This document shows, in pieces, positions 57,379 through 64,000 of a stretch of DNA of 64,000 bases. Location: positions 237,150,001-237,214,000 of the forward strand of contig OZ024740.1 of NCBI GenBank assembly GCA_964016885.1, written 5' to 3'. Source of the stretch: Eledone cirrhosa. Lineage: Eukaryota. Below the pieces are notes generated by a model that was given only the letters and a program-made list of their open reading frames with translations, was not told where the DNA came from and made no database searches. The translations under genes were made by a program, and so were the position numbers. Numbering within the stretch: position 1 is the first letter of the stretch; every line of letters begins with the position of its first letter.

Positions 57379-57772
57379 ATCATCATCATCATCATCATCA
57401 TCATCAGGTTTAGCGTCCGTGTTCCACGCTTGCATGGGTTTGGACGGGGGTTTTCCCACTTGAGGCAAGAGTGGTTGTACTGCTCGCATAGGACTGTCTG
57501 GCGGGTTTTCTACAGTTGGATGCCCTTCCTAACACCAACCATATTTACAGTGTGGGGCTGGGAGGTTTTTACCGTGTTGCCTACACGGCCACATTACAGC
57601 GTGGACTGTCTGGCGGGTTTTCTACAGCTGGATGCCCTTCCTAACACCAACCACATTTACAGTGTGGGGCTGGGAGGTTTTTACCGTGTTGCCTACACGG
57701 CCACATTTACAGCGTGGACTGTGTGTTTTTTGTCGTGACACCTACACGATCTCATTTGTTTCGGCCTGGATG
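57379..57772 (-). mobile_element. RTE subfamily A 3'UTR with 112-bp tandem duplication
   Basis: (CAT)n then inverted tail; units begin at 57491 and 57603. Confidence 0.9.
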
Positions 57773-59295
57773 CTGGATATGTGCCAGAAAACCTTCTATC
57801 CCAGTCTGTTGTCCCAGTTTTCAAAAAGGGAAACAAATCCCTTGCCGTGAATTACCGTCCAATCTCACTCACCTCTCATATCATTAAGGTATTTGAGCGA
57901 GTGGTGAGATCGCGAATGACCCACTTCCTTGAGAGTAACAATATGCTGAACTCCAACCAGCATGGATTCCGTAATGGAAGGGATTGCCTGACGCAGCTAC
58001 TGCATCACTTTGATGACATTTTGAGAGCCTTGGGAGAGGGTTCCAACACTGATGTTATCTACCTTGATTTCAGCAAGGCCTTTGACAGGGTTGATCATAA
58101 CATTCTACTGAGAAAGCTGTCCAATATTGGTGTCACTGGAAAGCTGCTGCAGTGGATCAAGAGCTTCCTGTCAAACAGAACTCAACATGTTGTAGTTGAG
58201 GGAGTCAAATCCAGCCCAGCCAAAGTCAGTAGTGGGGTCCCACAAGGCACTGTGTTGGGCCCACTTCTCTTCATCATCTATATTAATGACATCACTGACA
58301 TCAAACACAGCAACATTAAAATTTTCGCTGATGATTCCAAGCTCCAAAAGATCATCAATGGCGTGGATGACCGGATAAGCCTTCAGTCAGACCTACTGGC
58401 TGTTACCCAATGGGTGGAAAAGAACAACATGTTACTGAACGAAGACAAATTCGAACTGATCCACTTTGGAAAAGAGGATGCTCTGAAACTCCCGTACTCC
58501 CTTCCCTCCGGGGAAACTCTCGTGGCATCTAACAACATCAGAGACTTGGGAGTAACCGTGGACAGCAACATAAGCTGGACCACGCATATAAGCAGCAAAG
58601 TTGACATGGCCCGCAGAATGTGTTCCTGGATCCTCAGAACCTTCCAGTCGAGAGATTCCCGCACCATTATCCTTCTCTTCTCTACTTTTGCCCGACCACA
58701 CCTTGAATACTGTTGTCCACTGTGGTCTCCCCACACGAAACAAAGTATCATGAAACTTGAAGCTCCTCAAAGGGCAATCACGAAAAAGATAGATGGCATG
58801 TCAGACCTTGACTACTGGGGTCGATTAGAAAACCTGAAACTTTACTCACTCCAACGTCACCGTGAGCGTTATATTATCTGCATGATGTGGAAAATGTTCC
58901 ATCATCACTACCCAAATGATGTTGGCATCGCCTTCAAGATACACCCAAGGCTTGGGCCCCGTGCTATCCGTCCCATTCAAAAATCTAAATCGCAACTCAT
59001 AACAACAATACGGCACAATTATTTCACCTCAATCGGCCCTGCTCTCTTCAACATCACACCAGGACACGTCAAAACAGAAACTGACCACACAAAATTCAAG
59101 AAGTCTTTGGACAAATTCCTCCAAGTAATCCCGGACAAACCACCCACACCCGGATATGTCTCCGCAAACAGTAATTCTCTACTCGAATGGGCCATGGTGC
59201 CCAAATCCTGAATTGAAAGACTTCGCCAGGTGGTGCTATTAAGTTAGACATGGCCTGGGCCAATACTGGCCAAAACATTTCAAAGTTATTCAAAG

Positions 59296-59298
<3 letters not shown>
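57773..59298 (+). mobile_element. CR1-group LINE, 5'-truncated, open RT frame of 476 aa
   Basis: NYRPISLTS, YLDFSKAFD, SGVPQGTVLGP, FADD, IPDKP..NSLL; (TTCAAAGTTA)x2 tail. Confidence 0.92.
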
Positions 59299-59329
<31 letters not shown>

Positions 59330-59554
59330 ATATATATGTATGTATATATATATGTATGTATGTATATATATGTATGTATGTATGTATATATATGTATGTA
59401 TGTATGTATGTATATATATATGTATATGTATGTATGTATATATATATGTATATATATATGTATATATATATATGTATGTATATATATATATGTATGTATA
59501 TATATATATGTATGTATATATATATATATGTATATATATGTATGTATATATATG

Positions 59555-59592
<38 letters not shown>

Positions 59593-59712
59593 TATATATA
59601 TGTATGTATATATATATATATATATGTATGTATATATATATGTATGTATATATATATGTATGTATATATATATGTATGTATATATATATATGTATGTATA
59701 TATATATGTATG

Positions 59713-59752
<40 letters not shown>

Positions 59753-60360
59753 TATGTATGTATATATATATATGTATGTATATATATATATGTATGTATA
59801 TATATATATATATGTATGTATATATATATATATGTATGTATATATATATGTATGTATATATATATGTATGTATATATATATGTATGTATATATATATGTA
59901 TGTATATATATATATGTATGTGTATATATATATGTATGTATATATATATATGTATGTATATATATATATGTATGTATATATATATATATATGTATGTATA
60001 TATATATGTATGTATGTATATATATATATATGTATGTATGTATATATATATGTATGTATGTATATATATATATATGTATGTATGTATATATATGTATGTA
60101 TGTATATATATGTATGTATGTATATATATATATGTATGTATGTATATATATATATATGTATGTATGTATGTATGTATATATATATATATGTATGTATGTA
60201 TATATATATATATGTATGTATATATATATGTATGTATATATATATGTATGTATGTATATATATATATATGTATGTATATATATATATATGTATGTATATA
60301 TATATATATATATGTATGTATATATATATATGTATGTATATATATATATATATATGTATG

Positions 60361-60429
<69 letters not shown>

Positions 60430-60819
60430 GTATATATATGTATATATATATATATGTATGTATATATATATATATATGTATGTATATATATATATGTGTA
60501 TGTATATATATGTGTATATGTATATATATGTGTATATGTATATATATGTGTATATGTATATATATGTGTATATGTATATATATATATATGTGTGTATATA
60601 TATATATATGTATATGTATATATGTGTATATGTGTATATATATATATGTGTATATATATATATATGTGTATATATATATATATGTGTATATATGTGTATA
60701 TATATATATATGTGTATATATGTGTATATATATATATATGTGTGTGTATGTATATATATATATATATGTGTGTATATATATATATATGTGTATGTATATA
60801 TATATATATGTGTATATGT
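59299..60819. repeat. (TATG)n / (TA)n array
   Basis: Seen directly. Confidence 0.97.
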
Positions 60820-61332
60820 ATCATCATCATCATCATCATCATCATCAGGTTCAGCGTCCGTGTTCCACGCTTGCATGGGTTTGGACGTGGGGTTTTCCCA
60901 CTTGAGGCAAGAGTGGTTGTCTTGCTCGCATAGGACTGTCTGGCGGGTTTTCTACAGTTGGATGCCCTTCCTAACACCAACCATATTTACAGTGTGGGGC
61001 TGGGAGGTTTTTACCGTGTTGCCTACACGGCCACATTACAGCGTGGACTGTCTGGCGGGTTTTCTACAGCTGGATGCCCTTCCTAACACCAACCACATTT
61101 ACAGTGTGGGGCTGGGAGGTTTTTACCGTGTTGTCTACACGGCCACAATTACAGCGTGGACTGTGTGTTTTTTGTCGTGACACCTACACGATCTCATTTG
61201 TTTCGGCCTGGATGTTGTGGGACCAACATAACTTTACATTGAAAGGGGCTGTGTGGGTGGGGTGGAGGTGGTGGGACGGGGGTGTGTTTTGATAGAGCTG
61301 CCTACTGACTGTAGTAGGTTTTTACTTTGTAT
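60820..61332 (-). mobile_element. RTE subfamily A 3'UTR with 112-bp tandem duplication
   Basis: Sister of 57379-57772, extends further 5'. Confidence 0.9.
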
Positions 61333-61403
61333 ATATATATATATATGTGTATGTATATATATATATGTATGTATATATATATATATATGTATGTATATAT
61401 ATA

Positions 61404-61442
<39 letters not shown>

Positions 61443-61611
61443 TTATATATATATATGTGTATATATATATATATATGTGTGTATATATATATGTGTATAT
61501 ATATATATATATGTGTGTATATATATATGTGTATATATATATGTGTATATATATATATATATATATGTGTATATATATATATATATATATGTGTATATAT
61601 ATATATATATA

Positions 61612-61680
<69 letters not shown>

Positions 61681-61796
61681 ATATATATATATATGTGTGT
61701 GTATATATATATATGTGTATATATATATATATATATGTGTATATATATATATATATATGTGTATATATATATATATATGTGTATATATATATACAC

Positions 61797-62317
61797 ATAT
61801 TTTGTATGTTTTTGTATGTTTTTGTTGTAGTGTAGGAGCAATAGTTCTTTCGGATTTCTCTTAGCCACACTGCATCTTGGTTGAAATTCTTCTTTTCACC
61901 CCATATTTTGCTCCAAAAGGAATCTATGTCTTTCTGGGATGAGGCCTCAGTGACACTTATTATTTTGGCCTTCATATCTCTATAAACTGATGTTTGGTTT
62001 CGTCTGATCTTTTATTCAGCACTTTTCTCTCATCTACCTTCTTCAGGTATCGGCGCTTTTCGCTAACAGCTCTCAATTCTTGTTTGAGGGTGATCAGTTT
62101 ATATTGGATAGTTCTGGTTCTACTGTTACCAAACATCGTCTCTATTTTATTGTTCACTCTTTGTTGGTGAGGAGTGAGGTATTTTTGTGTTTGTTTGCAT
62201 GTAAGGAGCATTGTCACATATCCTATGTTTTTTCGTAGGTCAGCATTCTTTTTTTCTATTTTAGTTATATATGATAGTATTTTTGGTGGTATTTTGTTCT
62301 TGTTATTATCTCTGCAA
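61797..62317 (-). mobile_element. Fragment of an R4/Dong-like (RLE-type) non-LTR retrotransposon ORF, region upstream of RT
   Basis: [21 protein letters not shown] then, after a frameshift, [17 protein letters not shown]; resembles the pre-RT segment of R4/Dong proteins from recall. Confidence 0.55.
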
Positions 62318-62643
62318 TATGTATGTATGTATATATATATGTATGTATATATATATGTATGTATGTATATATATATATATATGTATGTATGTATATATGT
62401 ATGTATGTATATATATATGTATGTATATATATATATATATGTATATATATATGTATGTATGTATATATATATATATATGTATATATGTATATATATATGT
62501 ATGTATATATATATATGTATGTATATATATATATGTATGTATATATATATGTATGTATATATATGTATATATGTATATATATATATGTATGTATATATAT
62601 ATGTATGTATATATATATGTATATATGTATGTATGTATATATG

Positions 62644-62711
<68 letters not shown>

Positions 62712-62748
62712 TATATGTATATATATACATACATACACATATATATAC

Positions 62749-62797
<49 letters not shown>

Positions 62798-62832
62798 CAT
62801 ATACATATACATATACACATATATACACACAC

Positions 62833-62897
<65 letters not shown>

Positions 62898-62933
62898 TAT
62901 ATATGTGTATGTATATATGTATGTCTATATCAT

Positions 62934-63483
62934 GGTCGGGTCGTTGGCGACTAAACTGGCAACCCCACCAAGGTTTCTTGGTTAGGAGGGTGACTGGACA
63001 TCCTGCAGGACTAAAAACAAAACCTGTGAAAGGGCAAAGGAGCTCTTATGAGTCAATGGCCATCCAAAATCACCGGGAGAGACGACCCCTTTGCCTTTGT
63101 CAAGGCAGAATTCTAGGAGAAGGAAAACTCTGATATAACACCTGCAACCCTGATGGTATCCAATGATGTTGACTTGTTCTTCTTTTTGGTAAATATCATC
63201 TTGGTTAAGAGAGTGGGACTGGCTTTGTGCAGTGCCTTTGCTCACTATAAAAGCTTCACGGCACAGGCATTGCTTTATATCTGGAGATCTCTCTGCACTT
63301 GTCTTCACTTGGTACAATGGGCCCAGCACTATGTGTCAATAATTATCACAAGTGTAGTGTTTGTACCAGAGTTTTCAAGTTGCTGGCTTGACTAAAAAGT
63401 CACACTCGTTCAGCGCATCGGTAGGGGTTCTCCTACATGGATATAAAGTAGTGGCCGTACTCGAAAACGAGTTGGCAGCCACC
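62934..63483. mobile_element. Unclassified discrete 550-bp element, copy 2
   Basis: Highly similar to 15489-16040; inserted in a (CAT)n tail. Confidence 0.8.
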
Positions 63484-63679
63484 ATCATCATCATCATCAT
63501 CGTTTAGCGTCCACCTTCCACGCTTGCATGGGTTTGCACGGGAGTTTTCCCACTTGAGGCAAGATTGGTTGTCCTGCTCGTATAGGACTGTCTGGCGGGT
63601 TTTCTACGGCTAGATGCCCTTCCTAACACCAACTACGTTTACAGTGTGGACTGGGAGGTTTTTACCGTGTTACCTACAC
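63484..63679 (-). mobile_element. RTE subfamily A short 3' tail
   Basis: (CAT)n plus inverted 3'UTR. Confidence 0.85.
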
Positions 63680-63753
63680 ATATTAACTCAGCCGTTAATA
63701 TGCATAAGGAAAGTATATACTTTCAGACGTTCAATCATCTGGCAGGAAGGTAT

Positions 63754-63796
63754 ACGTTGCTGACAATAGCTAATAAGCTTGAAACTAGTACAGCGT
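63754..63796 (+). ncRNA. Minimal hammerhead ribozyme motif (G8A) in a probable Penelope-like terminus (about 63680-63912)
   Basis: ACGTTG-CTGACAA-TAGC-TAATAA-GCTT-GAAA-CTAG-TA-CAGCGT; 6-bp stem I, palindromic ACTAGT stem III. Confidence 0.65.
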
Positions 63797-64000
63797 TCCT
63801 TTGTCAGTGTTGAACAAACGAGCAATGATGGTTGCTAGACACTACGGCTTAATACGGCATGTTTGTTTACAAACACACCGAGCACTATAATAAATGTTCG
63901 GTGAACCCATACGTACATATATATATGTGTGCATGTATGTATATATATATACATACTACTGTGCGTCTGTATACATATATGTATGTACGTATACATACTT

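Overview
Eukaryotic, very AT-rich animal DNA. The SINE families, RTE LINEs and kilobase (TA)n-derived arrays suggest a cephalopod such as an octopus (inference). The only confidently recognised host gene is the 5' part of proteasome subunit alpha-5 (PSMA5, minus strand, coding exons 4356-5728, probable 5'UTR exon near 9.4 kb). Its promoter carries ETS, ARE and CRE-like motifs and may be shared with a divergent plus-strand transcript. A decayed but complete piggyBac lies in a PSMA5 intron. From 13.5 kb onward the window is a nest of large TA-derived microsatellite arrays, almost all with G on the top strand, invaded by many elements: a near-intact full-length RTE LINE with a PHD-type zinc finger inside its RT region, bracketed by inverted copies of its own 3' end; many RTE tails; CR1-group LINE fragments; an R4/Dong-like fragment; two tRNA-derived SINE families; Helitron and MITE relics; an unclassified 550-bp element; and Penelope-like termini carrying four different minimal hammerhead ribozyme motifs, all degenerate to some degree. 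The very long YI/IY-repeat ORFs are microsatellite artefacts. There is an assembly gap at 19201-19400. All alignments and folds were done by eye.
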